Below are positions 1-9,524 of a stretch of DNA of 64,000 nt, piece by piece. The stretch is from Candidatus Levyibacteriota bacterium (lineage in GTDB: Bacteria; Patescibacteriota; Microgenomatia; Levybacterales; UBA12049). The notes beneath the pieces are model-generated. The model searched no databases. It had not been told where the DNA came from and saw nothing but the letters and a program-made list of their open reading frames with translations. The stretch's first letter is position 1. The number at the start of each line of letters is the position of its first letter. Both the position numbers and the translations under genes were made by a program. The DNA lies in NCBI GenBank assembly GCA_041906785.1, contig JAYRIM010000029.1, positions 1,149 through 65,148 of the forward strand, given 5' to 3'.

Positions 1-298
1 ATACAGAGATTTAATATTATTTTTATCTTCATTCTTTCTTGCAAAAGAGTATCCAACGATTTTATTGTCTACTTTTGCGGTCCATCCACGTGATTTATTT
101 TTCGCAATTGCGTCTTTAACACCATTTATCCATTTTGTTGTTTTTTCTTTATCTTGAAAATATACGAGAATATCATTTCTTGTTATTCCAAATTCTTTAT
201 TGGGATACGTCGTCAACCAGACCTCTTTCTGAATAGAACGAATAAAATCGACCTCATCTACTCTACATAGATCAATTGAAAAAGTGATCATTAAAAAA
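1..298 (-). CDS. Partial CDS whose 5' part is in the window (start codon at 298) and which runs off the window edge. Possible GNAT-type acetyltransferase.
   Basis: Reverse-complement translation from ATG at 298 reads MITFSIDLCRVDEVDFIRSIQKEVWLTTYPNKEFGITRNDILVYFQDKEKTTKWINGVKDAIAKNKSRGWTAKVDNKIVGYSFARKNED... with no stop before position 1. It is missing from the ORF track because no stop lies in the window. Confidence 0.35.
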
Positions 299-388
299 GT
301 ATAGCAAAATCTGTCTTATTTTAGAGAAATACTTTCCAACAAAGTTACTCAAGGCTTGCTAACTCTAATTCAACTCTTATAGTCATTT

Positions 389-718
389 TTGATAAAATCA
401 GATTATATGCAATATGATCTACGAATTGGAAAGATAATTGAAATCGAAGAATTGAAAGATGCAAAATATACTACTCACAAACTAACGATAGATTTTGGTA
501 AAGAACTTGGTAAGAAAACTTCGCTTGCAAGTTTAGTTCGTTACAAAACAGAACAACTACTAGACAAGTTAGTAGTCGCCATTGTGAATCTACCTCCTAA
601 ACAAATAGGTACTCATATCTCAGAAGTTGTAATCTTAGGAACATCTAATACAAATGGGGAATGTATTCTAATTTCGCTCGACTCGGGCGATGTCGTAGTT
701 GGGGCAAAAGTTTATTAA
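389..718 (+). CDS. csaA: tRNA-binding domain protein (CsaA/EMAP-like)
   Basis: 109 aa. The pattern DLRIGKIIEIE...KLTIDFGKELG...VVAIVNLPPKQIG...SEVVILG matches the CsaA/Myf tRNA-binding OB fold. Confidence 0.75.
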   Translation: MIKSDYMQYDLRIGKIIEIEELKDAKYTTHKLTIDFGKELGKKTSLASLVRYKTEQLLDKLVVAIVNLPPKQIGTHISEVVILGTSNTNGECILISLDSGDVVVGAKVY

Positions 719-780
719 ATCTACAATAACCTGTCTTTCTACTCTGTGCAGAGGGTTACGTACTAATACCTGCGTTTTTA

Positions 781-1308
781 TTAATACAATGAAGGATTCT
801 TGAACGGTATTAAGGCTAGAATAACAGCAGGTTCATAATACGATGTTCGTGTTAATACATCACCTGTAAGAATACCAACCGCTCCAGTTGTTTGTTTCGA
901 ATTGATTCTCCCAAAAACGATATCATCTGCTTCTCCTAACTCTTTTCCTTGTCTGATAAGTTCCGCAACCTTTTTTGGTAAGAAAAATGAACCTGTTCTT
1001 CCTTTTCCTTCCTTTCCATTTTTTGCTTTCACAACTATCCATGCAAAAGCCTCAAATTCTCCATCAATTTCTTCGAGGCCTCCTTCAATACCAACCCAAA
1101 AGTCAGCTTCTGGAACAAGCCTCGAGACATTCTCAGCTCTGTTAGTTGCTCCTTGCAAAGTCTCTTCTTCGCTCATTGGTTGATTTGAAACATTTGATAG
1201 TGCTGAGACACCGCTTATCTCAAACGTTGTATCTGGAAACATTTTCGCAAATCCGATTTCTGTGGTATTAATCTTAACAGGATTTGTGGAAGCAACAACT
1301 ACTTTCAT
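781..1308 (-). CDS. yjjX: Inosine/xanthosine triphosphatase (non-canonical NTPase, YjjX family)
   Basis: 175 aa. MKVVVASTNPVKI...EADFWVGIEGG...ILTGDVLTRTSYYEPAVILALIPF is close to E. coli YjjX along its full length. Confidence 0.85.
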   Translation of the reverse strand: MKVVVASTNPVKINTTEIGFAKMFPDTTFEISGVSALSNVSNQPMSEEETLQGATNRAENVSRLVPEADFWVGIEGGLEEIDGEFEAFAWIVVKAKNGKEGKGRTGSFFLPKKVAELIRQGKELGEADDIVFGRINSKQTTGAVGILTGDVLTRTSYYEPAVILALIPFKNPSLY

Positions 1309-1326
1309 ATTTAACTAATATTGTTA

Positions 1327-1800
1327 TTATGACAAAACATTCTTATTAAGATACTCCATTAGCTCTTCAGCTCCATGAAAGTGTAGAGTTTTCAGTTTTG
1401 CCTTTTTAGCAGATTCAATATTCTCTAATGAATCGTCAATAAATAAAATCTCTTCTGGGTTCTTGCCAATTGATTCAGCAATTCTCGTATATACGTGTGG
1501 ATCTTTTTTACTGAATCCTAACTCTTCTGCTGAAAATATCTTTCGAAATATAGAATCTAATTCGCCTCTGATTTCTTGTGCGTTTTGAATACTACCACTA
1601 GTAAAAATATATAACTCCTTTATGCTTTTTATTGTGTTCAAATAATTGAGCAATTCTTTATTCAGTTCAAATGTACTAAGAAATGAGTAATTCTGCTCTT
1701 TTGAAAGATTCTTATGTAATGCATTTAGCCCTCCTTTGTACGTTTTATCTGTAGGAAAAAGTAATACGCGGGCAAGATCGAATAATAAAGTAGTAATCAT
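1327..1800 (-). CDS. HAD-superfamily hydrolase
   Basis: 157 aa. N-terminal LLFDLARVL and C-terminal ILFIDDSLENIESAKKAKLKT resemble HAD motifs I and IV. Confidence 0.55.
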   Translation of the reverse strand: MITTLLFDLARVLLFPTDKTYKGGLNALHKNLSKEQNYSFLSTFELNKELLNYLNTIKSIKELYIFTSGSIQNAQEIRGELDSIFRKIFSAEELGFSKKDPHVYTRIAESIGKNPEEILFIDDSLENIESAKKAKLKTLHFHGAEELMEYLNKNVLS

Positions 1801-1894
1801 ACTTGTATTTTAGCAAAAATTAAAGAGAAAACGAGAGATCTATATTATTGATTGAATTTATATTTACCTCTTTATGGTATAATTAACCCGCTTT

Positions 1895-2524
1895 ATGTCT
1901 GTACGGAAAATAGCAGGTTTTTTTCGCCCTCGTAATGTGTCCGTATTATTATTAGGTGTTGCTCTGGTGACTGTCACATACGCTTCCACGCGTACATTAT
2001 CACAGAGAAAATATAGCGAAATTGTTACACCTACTATTCCTTATGCCCGTAGTGCTATATCAGCTAGATCTTTTAATCCGACAGAAACACCCATACACTT
2101 TTCTTTAGAGACATCCACGATAACTCTTACAATTGAACCGACCGACATACATGCTATCGGCACAGGAAATTCTGAAACAAGTTTACCAGAATTAGATAAT
2201 CCATCTCCTACCTTATCTATTACGCCTACAGCACAGGCTACGCCCACTGCTCAACTCACTGAAACTCCAGCAGAAACTCCTTCTCCTACTGATGATGCAT
2301 GTACTCCCGTAACATTCTCATTAGAAGAAAAAGATGACATAAAAACAGTGATAGTTCACGGAGCGTCGAAGATGAATGTTAAAGCAACACCAGAATGGTC
2401 CTCGGAAGATTTCGATCTTGAGAAAAATAATATATATTTACATTTCACTGTAGAAAACGCCACAGTGTATGTTTATGGAAAGAGATACGAAGATTCTCCG
2501 CTCTGTGATAAGTATACATTTTAA
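1895..2524 (+). CDS. Hypothetical membrane-anchored or secreted protein with a Thr/Pro-rich linker
   Basis: 209 aa with an N-terminal hydrophobic segment and a low-complexity TP/TE stretch. Confidence 0.45.
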   Translation: MSVRKIAGFFRPRNVSVLLLGVALVTVTYASTRTLSQRKYSEIVTPTIPYARSAISARSFNPTETPIHFSLETSTITLTIEPTDIHAIGTGNSETSLPELDNPSPTLSITPTAQATPTAQLTETPAETPSPTDDACTPVTFSLEEKDDIKTVIVHGASKMNVKATPEWSSEDFDLEKNNIYLHFTVENATVYVYGKRYEDSPLCDKYTF

Positions 2525-2570
2525 AGATACTCTCATTGACTCTATTCAATGATTTTGAAATACTAGATTT

Positions 2571-3842
2571 ATGGATCAAGATACTCAATCATCCTCCCCA
2601 ATGTCCCAGCAAATGCCTGTACAATCTTCTTCTCATAAATCACCTAAATTTGTCTTCATGTTTCTCATTATTATTTTAATTTGTTTGGGGCCTATTGTCG
2701 GTTTTTATCTCGGCAAGGGCTTTAGCAAACCTTCAGAAACGAAAAAAGATACTCCTCAGCCGACACCCACACAACAAATTACTCAATCAGTGTTTCCTAC
2801 AGTAGATCCTAACGAATTAAATAGTGGGGAGCAACGTGTTGAAATCTATGCACTCTCTAACCAAGCCTTACAAAAAACATTTGAATACTCGCTTCCTGGA
2901 AGTTCAATCTTTGGTGTTCTCAAGCCAAGCTTAGGTAAAGATAATAAATTATACTTTGCCGATAATTCGAGAATCTTACGCTATTCGTTTGATGCAAAAA
3001 ATGTAGAAAAAGTATATGAGCTTAGTAACCCAAATGAAGCGATTACTAAAATAGAAGCGTTATTCACACCGAATATGTATATCACGAAAGGTCCAAAAGA
3101 ATATGGTGAAAACTACGAATTCACTGTAGAAGAATTTAATCTTTTAACGAAAGCAAAGCGTGAATTTGGACCAATTCCCCCAGGAATTTACAGTAATACT
3201 GCATATATATATAAATATGGTAATTCAGATATTGTGTCTTCTTTTGGTGGCGATGGGTGTGGCGGAGGTGGACCAATCTATAAATATACAGGCAATCAAA
3301 AAACGGAAATCGTTACTATCGGATTTGGTTGTGCTGATGGGCCAGGGTATGTCGGAGTTCTTGAAGAAAAAGGGAGCTTACTGTTAGTGGATCGGAACGT
3401 AAATATGGAAACTGGAGACTTCCCTTCCGAAACACTTCTCACACTCTATGAATTACCATTGAATAATACGAATTCTAAAAATGAAATATTTAACTTTTCA
3501 TCGACACCAGTTGAAAAAGGACAATTGGTATTAAACAGTAATAAAAAAACAGTTGGCATTATTTCTTCTTCAGAAATATGGATTATAAATCTTCAATCAA
3601 AAGAAGTTATAAAGAAACTAACAGTAGCATCCTTTCCAAATCACCAATTGTTCTTAAACGGGAATATATTATATGGTATCGATTTTAATGATAAAAAGAT
3701 TATAATGCTTGATTTGGATACAGGAACACAAAAAGATATCGTTTGGGGAAATGTATTACCAGCTAATAGTGCTCCTATATTCCTTGGTACATCTAATAAT
3801 ACTCTTCTTCTTTACACAGTTATTTATAAACAGCAGAATTAA
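2571..3842 (+). CDS. Hypothetical N-terminally membrane-anchored protein
   Basis: 423 aa. It has a TM helix (FVFMFLIIILICLGPIVGFYLG), a PT-rich linker and an extracytoplasmic domain. No family was recognised. Confidence 0.5.
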   Translation: MDQDTQSSSPMSQQMPVQSSSHKSPKFVFMFLIIILICLGPIVGFYLGKGFSKPSETKKDTPQPTPTQQITQSVFPTVDPNELNSGEQRVEIYALSNQALQKTFEYSLPGSSIFGVLKPSLGKDNKLYFADNSRILRYSFDAKNVEKVYELSNPNEAITKIEALFTPNMYITKGPKEYGENYEFTVEEFNLLTKAKREFGPIPPGIYSNTAYIYKYGNSDIVSSFGGDGCGGGGPIYKYTGNQKTEIVTIGFGCADGPGYVGVLEEKGSLLLVDRNVNMETGDFPSETLLTLYELPLNNTNSKNEIFNFSSTPVEKGQLVLNSNKKTVGIISSSEIWIINLQSKEVIKKLTVASFPNHQLFLNGNILYGIDFNDKKIIMLDLDTGTQKDIVWGNVLPANSAPIFLGTSNNTLLLYTVIYKQQN

Positions 3843-4417
3843 ATAGGATCATCTTTTAATTTTAGTAGATAACCAATATATGTAACCCCAAGGTGTAACG
3901 CAAAAAAAAGTATAAATGCAAGAATATAAAAGGAGAGCGATAACCGGATATAAAAAAAGCTAAAAAATATTGCTCCCAGAATATAATCAATTTGGTCGAA
4001 CGGAAACCAGGCTTTTCCGGGTGCTCTACCGAGTTGCCGTTTAAAAAAACTTTTCACTGCATCCCCTACTAATGCGCCAAAACTGAGTAAAAAACCTAAG
4101 GCAATTGGGTGTGCTGGTAAGGCTGCAAAAAATTTTGGCGTAATCAAAGATTGAAGCACCGCAATAAGCATACCAACTAATGTACCTCCCACGAGTCCTC
4201 TCACAGTTTTATGCTCTCCAAAAATACGTATATCTCGAAATGTTTTATAAAAATCTAATGGATACGAATAAGTTTCTAAAAAGGAAATTTTTGCTATAAC
4301 AACAGGTATCATGTTTGCTATTCCAGCAGGAAGAAAAAACCAAAAAGTAAAAAAAATATCCTGAAACATAATATTTTTTCCAAAAAATTGCGCGACCCCG
4401 CTCAGCGGGGGAAGCAA
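3839..4417 (-). CDS. CTP-transferase family membrane protein (CDP-archaeol synthase CarS / DUF46-like, or a short CdsA-like cytidylyltransferase)
   Basis: 192 aa. It contains HKTVRGLVGG and GDAVKSFFKRQLG, matching the KTxEG and GDxxxSxxKR signatures. The first 16 codons lie in a GC-rich hairpin, so the true start is probably the internal Met (MFQDIFF) near 4369. Confidence 0.6.
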   Translation of the reverse strand: MLPPLSGVAQFFGKNIMFQDIFFTFWFFLPAGIANMIPVVIAKISFLETYSYPLDFYKTFRDIRIFGEHKTVRGLVGGTLVGMLIAVLQSLITPKFFAALPAHPIALGFLLSFGALVGDAVKSFFKRQLGRAPGKAWFPFDQIDYILGAIFFSFFYIRLSLSFYILAFILFFALHLGVTYIGYLLKLKDDPI

Positions 4418-4434
4418 TCTCTCAATTCAAAACT

Positions 4435-4505
4435 GTCATGCTGAGCGTTAGCGAAGCATCTTTCTCAAAGATCCTTCTCCCGATTTGCATCGGGATCAGG
4501 ATGAC
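4435..4505. repeat. Palindromic intergenic element, family A (GTCATNCTGAGC...TCAGGATGAC), copy 1
   Basis: Reads gtcatgctgagcgttagcgaagcatctttctcaaagatcctt...atcaggatgac. Related copies sit at 11156, 31617 and 44756. Confidence 0.7.
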
Positions 4506-5416
4506 AAATTGAATGCAATCGTCGGCGATGTTTTATCAATATGTTTATTATAAAGAAACGTTATTTTCTTTTTCAGTATTTCTATTTCTACACCTTTCCG
4601 CTGTAAAACAGGATCGCCATCTACTTGTACAAACGGCTCACCTTCTATACGAATATGAGATGCTTTAAAATGCACTTTCCCCACTCTCGAATATAGTGGG
4701 TGTCTAAAACCGCGTAAGCGAAGATTACGAATATACGCATATTTCGTTGAGAAAACAGTACAATCAAGAAACCCATCATTTAGTTTTGCTGCAGATGCTA
4801 CGAGATAATTCTGCCCGAGAATCGGTCCATTGGCTACCATTAATGACGAAACAGTTGCGTTTAATGTAACTGCATGGTCTATCGTAAATGTAATATCTCT
4901 ATGTGGATGTTTTACGACGCTATGAAGTGCTGCAAATATATAAGAAGGAAGACCAATATACTGATTTTTATTTCGGTCATGAACAATACGAGCATCAAAT
5001 CCGGCGCTGATATTAAATAAACCGATAGGAAAATCGGGAAGATTTGTCCTCATTACATCGATTGTAACTGAAGGAGAAACATGTTGAATCGTTTGTAATG
5101 CTTTTTCAATTGTATCAACACCAAAACAGTATGCCATAGCATTTCCAAACCCTAACGGAATAACTGCAAGTGTCGGTTTTTGTTTTAATGGTAGAACTGC
5201 CCCAGCGACTTTCGTGATAGTCCCATCTCCCGCAGCAATAACAATGAGAGAAGGGTTTTTCTGTTTTAGAAACGATGAAATATCACCTATCTGAGAAAAA
5301 TCATAGGCATTTTTCTTTATAAACGGATGTGTTGCAACAATTTTCTCCCAATTTTTCTTTGCTTTTCCCTGATTTGAATAGGGATTGTATAAGTATAAAA
5401 TGTTTTTATATTTCAT
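4496..5416 (-). CDS. Diacylglycerol-kinase catalytic-domain lipid kinase (YegS/BmrU family)
   Basis: 306 aa. LIVIAAGDGTITKVAGAV is the DAGK_cat GGDGT-type motif, and overall length and architecture fit the family. Confidence 0.75.
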   Translation of the reverse strand: MKYKNILYLYNPYSNQGKAKKNWEKIVATHPFIKKNAYDFSQIGDISSFLKQKNPSLIVIAAGDGTITKVAGAVLPLKQKPTLAVIPLGFGNAMAYCFGVDTIEKALQTIQHVSPSVTIDVMRTNLPDFPIGLFNISAGFDARIVHDRNKNQYIGLPSYIFAALHSVVKHPHRDITFTIDHAVTLNATVSSLMVANGPILGQNYLVASAAKLNDGFLDCTVFSTKYAYIRNLRLRGFRHPLYSRVGKVHFKASHIRIEGEPFVQVDGDPVLQRKGVEIEILKKKITFLYNKHIDKTSPTIAFNLSS

Positions 5417-5519
5417 TTTAAATTGTCTTATTATTATATTGCTATATTGTTACCTTCTCCCAAAAGGAGAAGGTTGTGATGAGGGAACAATATAAAAATA
5501 TAACAATATAACAATTGTT

Positions 5520-6179
5520 TTATAATCTCATTCTTTTTCTCAGCCGATTATATAACGGCGACATATATGAGAAAACAGAAGGATGTTCTTCTTTCAGATC
5601 TGCATGCAAAAGTAAATTTACAAGATTTTTTTTCGTTACTTTTTCTGAAACCATACTATATGCAGATCCTAATCCGATAAACCCATGAGCATCACTGCTC
5701 GCAGCACATGCTTTAGTATGTTGTTTAGCCAGATTTAATGCTTCCATATTTTTCCATCGACCAAAGGCTCTCGCGTTAAAAACCTCGATAATATCGATAT
5801 CAAATATAAGATGCTCTAGTGTATTTTTCTGTAATCCTTTTCTCACTTTTTCAAAAGGATGAGGAATATATACCAAACCTTCCTGCTCGTGAATGTTATA
5901 GATCGTTCGTTCTACAGATAAACCTGGTTTAATTAAGGTTTCTAAAAAAAGCCCTATGATCTCTCCTTCTTCTGTCATGATTTCTTCGCCAACGATAATC
6001 GAATCACCATGTTTTTTATGCAATTCCTGAGCAAATAAAATCTGATTATGGTCTGTTATGGCTATATAATCGAGTAAACCGGATGTAATAGCTCGCTCAT
6101 AACTTTCAACAGAAATTCCACCGTCATGTGAAGATATAGAATGCGTATGAAGATCAATGGTATACTTATGCTTAATCAT
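5520..6179 (-). CDS. PHP-domain phosphoesterase
   Basis: 219 aa. The N-terminal IDLHTHSISSHDGG is the PHP metal-binding motif. Confidence 0.75.
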   Translation of the reverse strand: MIKHKYTIDLHTHSISSHDGGISVESYERAITSGLLDYIAITDHNQILFAQELHKKHGDSIIVGEEIMTEEGEIIGLFLETLIKPGLSVERTIYNIHEQEGLVYIPHPFEKVRKGLQKNTLEHLIFDIDIIEVFNARAFGRWKNMEALNLAKQHTKACAASSDAHGFIGLGSAYSMVSEKVTKKNLVNLLLHADLKEEHPSVFSYMSPLYNRLRKRMRL

Positions 6180-6774
6180 GTTAACTGTAAAAAAATCGCT
6201 GGTTGAGCAATATACGAAAAGAATTGCTGTTTATTTCCCTAATACTAACCCAAATACTATTACAATACTAGGTCTCCTCTTCCCTTTTCTTTTTTTCTTT
6301 TTTCTGGTCACGAAACAGTATCTTTTCGCACTCGTGATTTTTCCGGGAAATGCGTTCGATATGCTCGACGGCGCTATAGCGCGCTTATATAAAAAAACCA
6401 CAGCTTTTGGTGCACTTTTAGACTCCACATTAGATCGACTATCTGATGGTTTAATCATTAGTGCATTTGGATTTGCACAAATTGTAAGATGGGAAATTAT
6501 TATCCCGTTACTCGTTACATCATATCTTATTAGTTATATCCGTTCCCGAGCAGAGCTGGCAGCAGAAAAGAAAATTTCTTTAGCGGTAGGATGGGTTGAA
6601 CGGACAGAACGGCTCATCTTCCTTTTTCTGGCTCTTCTGTTTTTTATCCTCTTCCCAACCTTTTCCTTCTTATCATTCAATAGCGCGGAAGATATACTGA
6701 TTCTTCTTACAATCTTTTCAATTTTTACTGTCTATCAAAGAATGAACTTTGCAAAAAAAGAATTATCCAGATAA
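6157..6774 (+). CDS. CDP-alcohol phosphatidyltransferase (PgsA-like)
   Basis: 205 aa. DMLDGAIARLYKKTTAFGALLDSTLDRLSD is the D-G-x2-A-R-x8-G-x3-D-x3-D signature. The start probably lies at the second Met (about 6178), because the listed start overlaps the divergent PHP gene. Confidence 0.75.
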   Translation: MVYLCLIMLTVKKSLVEQYTKRIAVYFPNTNPNTITILGLLFPFLFFFFLVTKQYLFALVIFPGNAFDMLDGAIARLYKKTTAFGALLDSTLDRLSDGLIISAFGFAQIVRWEIIIPLLVTSYLISYIRSRAELAAEKKISLAVGWVERTERLIFLFLALLFFILFPTFSFLSFNSAEDILILLTIFSIFTVYQRMNFAKKELSR

Positions 6775-6863
6775 TAGTTTCGCTTTTGATACATTTGATA
6801 CTTTTTCTATTTTTCTTTCGTCTTGACATTTTAGCCTTCTAGTGAAATACTCAGCCTACAAAA

Positions 6864-7595
6864 ATGGGTGCATCCAAATCGCTACTTTTTATAATTGGGC
6901 TAATAGGATTAGTAATCATATTATTTCTTGGTTTTTATATTGGGATTCAATATCAAGAAAGAATAACGAAAGAACGACTAGAGAACTCAACACCGACAGT
7001 GACACCGAAGCCGACCATCACGCCGACGCCCACACCAAAACCTTCTCCTACTCCTAGCCCCTTTCCAGGAGGAGTAACAAATAACGATGAATCCACAGTC
7101 GTTTTCGAATGGGCTACCTATGTAAACACGAAACATAAATATACAGTAACCTATCCGAAAACATGGAGTATTGATACGAGTGAAGCAGATAAAGAAGAAG
7201 ACTTCACAGATGGATCATGTTGTAATTCGGCAAAACTGCGTTTATTAAATAAGCATGTACTATGGGAATTCGTTGTTAATCCATCACCAGTTGTTAATAT
7301 AGGCCCGAAAGAATGCAAGTCGAGTAAAGTCGTATGTGATTTTACAAATACACCGATAAAAGTTATGGGTCTACAATTACAACGTACCATTATCCGATTA
7401 AAAAAGCCTAATAAGATTCTGGAGGCGTATATCAGTACTCCAGGGAAAGGTGAAGGGTTCGGCCAGGTCGGAATCACAAATCAATTTACTACTCCAACGC
7501 AAGTAAAATATACTTTAAATTATTATGGAGATTCTATGGATAAATACATGATGATTCTCGATACGATCACCGAAAACCTCCAACCCACACCATAA
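6864..7595 (+). CDS. Hypothetical membrane-anchored protein with a PT-rich linker
   Basis: 243 aa. TM helix followed by TPKPTITPTPTPKPSPTPSP and a Cys-containing domain. Confidence 0.5.
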   Translation: MGASKSLLFIIGLIGLVIILFLGFYIGIQYQERITKERLENSTPTVTPKPTITPTPTPKPSPTPSPFPGGVTNNDESTVVFEWATYVNTKHKYTVTYPKTWSIDTSEADKEEDFTDGSCCNSAKLRLLNKHVLWEFVVNPSPVVNIGPKECKSSKVVCDFTNTPIKVMGLQLQRTIIRLKKPNKILEAYISTPGKGEGFGQVGITNQFTTPTQVKYTLNYYGDSMDKYMMILDTITENLQPTP

Positions 7596-7753
7596 CTCTT
7601 CTATTATAGGTTGCCTTCTCTACAATTCTTTGCTATGATCAGGAAGCCTCTTTATTGACAAGACCTCTATAGGTTTATTGTGGGTAAAAAGGCATTGCTC
7701 TTTAATACTGATGGATTTACGTTTCGGAATACAGGCTCTATGGGAAGAAAAAA

Positions 7754-7846
7754 GTTTCCAGTTTCTAATTTCGAATTTCCAATTAGTTACAAGTTTATGA
7801 ATTAATAAATTAATTGGAAAATGGAGATTCGAAATTGGAAATTTCT
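7754..7846. repeat. ~90-bp palindromic element, family C (TTTCCAATT / AATTGGAAA arms), copy 1
   Basis: gtttccagtttctaatttcgaatttccaattag...ctaattggaaaatggagattcgaaattggaaatttc. It is internally palindromic and about 75% identical to the copy at 15229-15316. Confidence 0.7.
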
Positions 7847-7947
7847 CTTTCTTTAGAGCTTGTGTTCCAAGGGTGCAGGGACCCAGGGAATAGCTCGAGA
7901 CAGTCACCGTTGACTATCAGATCTAGACCATAGAAAGGGTTAGTGAT

Positions 7948-8355
7948 ATGACAACCTCAACAACTGAGGAACCTGCCGATCGCACAGGTGACGGCGAACC
8001 CGCTGATAAGCCCATCGCTAGCGCGATGGCAACGGACGGAGAGACGACCGAATACTGGATGCTCGGCCGCAATTGGGTAGCCGAGCGCTGTGAGTTCGCC
8101 TCCACTTCCACTTGCCGTGCTGTACTGTTTGCCTGGAATGGCTTCGGTTCGCTGACACGCGTTCGCGTGGAACTTCCAGAAGGCTATGCCGACTACCGTT
8201 CGGGCCAACCGCCGGTGTTCAAAGGGTTAGGCAGCGCACTCGCTCTCTTCCCGCCGGCTCTCTCAGCAAGGGTACAAGAACTCCTGGGCGTTCCGCTCCC
8301 ATGGCAGATTGATTTTGGGCGTGCAGCCCAACTCGTCTACGACTCTCGTCGGTAA
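7948..8355 (+). CDS. Hypothetical protein in a GC-rich island; coding status uncertain
   Basis: 135-aa ORF whose composition is very unlike the neighbouring genes. The RBS is weak and no family was recognised. Confidence 0.3.
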   Translation: MTTSTTEEPADRTGDGEPADKPIASAMATDGETTEYWMLGRNWVAERCEFASTSTCRAVLFAWNGFGSLTRVRVELPEGYADYRSGQPPVFKGLGSALALFPPALSARVQELLGVPLPWQIDFGRAAQLVYDSRR

Positions 8356-8504
8356 GCATCTCTATCCCGCAAGTTCATCAGTAAAGCACCGTGAATCGGT
8401 GCAGAGAGGAGGTCGCATGGCCTTTTACCCCCGATGTACTTCGGGGGATGAAAAAGCCACTGTGGCCACCCCTGCTACCCACGGTGCTTTTTCATGGAAA
8501 AAAA

Positions 8505-8930
8505 TCATGGTTTTAAAAACATCGGCCATTGGCCATTCAGACATTTACTAAATCCCATCTTCTCAAAAAATACATCCTTATCCGTAATTGCTAGTACCTC
8601 ATAAATTTTCTTTTCTGTTGCTTCTCGTACACAGGCATTGACTAACTGTCTTCCTATACTTTTTCCTTGATATTGCGGAGTAACAACTAATGACCGAATC
8701 TCAGCAAGCTTGGGGCTGTAAATCTCAAGAGAACAGCAACCTACCACCTTCCCATCTGTTTCAAAAACATAAAAATTTTTAATAACCTTTTTAATCTCAT
8801 CTTTTGATCGAGGAAGAACTTTTCCATTCTTCGCAGCAAAGGAAATAAGTGAAAAGACGAAATCTATATCTTCAATAGTATTCTTTGCTTTACGTAACAT
8901 ATTGTTCAGTATACCGTATATTTTTTCCAC
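8505..8930 (-). CDS. GNAT-family N-acetyltransferase
   Basis: 141 aa. VTPQYQGKSIGRQLV (acetyl-CoA binding motif A) and the core GNAT fold pattern are present. Confidence 0.8.
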   Translation of the reverse strand: MEKIYGILNNMLRKAKNTIEDIDFVFSLISFAAKNGKVLPRSKDEIKKVIKNFYVFETDGKVVGCCSLEIYSPKLAEIRSLVVTPQYQGKSIGRQLVNACVREATEKKIYEVLAITDKDVFFEKMGFSKCLNGQWPMFLKP

Positions 8931-8960
8931 GAAAAAGCCGCCTCTCTCCAGAAGGCGGCT
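8931..8960 (-). terminator. Rho-independent terminator following the GC-rich gene 8985-9269
   Basis: On the minus strand the sequence reads AAGCCGCCttctggagagaGGCGGCTT, followed by TTTTT. Confidence 0.55.
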
Positions 8961-8984
8961 TATGATTGAAGCGATTGATGGATG

Positions 8985-9269
8985 CTAATAAATTCTGTGA
9001 CGACTTGTTGCCGGTTTGGCCACCGGCTGCCAGTCCCGCAAATGCGGAAACTGACAATAAAATGACTCTAGAGCCTGCTGGTAGCTGCCGCTTTCTAAAG
9101 CATTCAACGGCGTGCCATCGAGGTTTTGAACCTCCTTAGTCAACCATTGAATCAGTTCAGGCGTTTCCCCGAGAGCAACAACTCTCTCCAGTAACGCCAA
9201 GGCGAATGTGTCATTTGCCTCTGCCAGCAACTCGATAACTCGAACAAATGGATCCATAGTGCTCTCCAT
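8985..9269 (-). CDS. Hypothetical protein, GC-rich composition
   Basis: 94-aa ORF with its own downstream hairpin and U-tract. No family was recognised. Confidence 0.35.
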   Translation of the reverse strand: MESTMDPFVRVIELLAEANDTFALALLERVVALGETPELIQWLTKEVQNLDGTPLNALESGSYQQALESFYCQFPHLRDWQPVAKPATSRHRIY

Positions 9270-9524
9270 GAAGTAGTAGCAGCTATACGTTCCTCTAACG
9301 TAAGCTGCAGAAAAGAAAAGATGAAATCATTTCCTCTTCTCCTTCATGCAACCTACGGCTTGTATAACATCCATTGGATATCAAAGATCAATCTCCCTTT
9401 TACCGCGAGAAACGGGTTTAAACCATAATGAATGAGCGCTAAATGCTCATTTTATTTGGCAGAAACCCTGGCAGCATAACAAAGATTAACTGAAAAGTCA
9501 AAACTATAAGATTACCTGTATTTT

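Noticed and set aside
902-1183. 93-aa plus-strand ORF antisense to the yjjX-like gene. Many similar short antisense or overlapping ORFs exist (2041-2247, 3160-3387, 6231-6458, 7151-7477, 16734-17054, 20115-20399, 20937-21347, 21689-22123, and numerous ORFs inside the giant gene 51511-58629).
   Set aside because: They are fully embedded in, and antisense or out of frame to, longer ORFs with clear homology. They show low complexity or odd composition and have no RBS. They are treated as non-coding.
7620-7907. 95-aa minus-strand ORF.
   Set aside because: It is composed largely of the 90-bp palindromic element (family C). A translated repeat is not a credible gene.
7860-8500. Possibility that this GC-rich segment is RNase P RNA, tmRNA, SRP RNA or a group II intron.
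   Set aside because: No match to the conserved P4 strands (GGAAAGUCCGG / ACAGAANCCGGCUUA), the tmRNA tRNA-like end (GGGGGUUCGAAUCCCCC...CCA) or the intron domain V consensus was seen on either strand.
9400-9450. Hairpin ATGAGCgctaaatGCTCAT followed by a T-rich run.
   Set aside because: No plus-strand gene ends upstream of it, and on the minus strand it lacks a U-tract. It is probably an incidental palindrome or part of the divergent promoter region.
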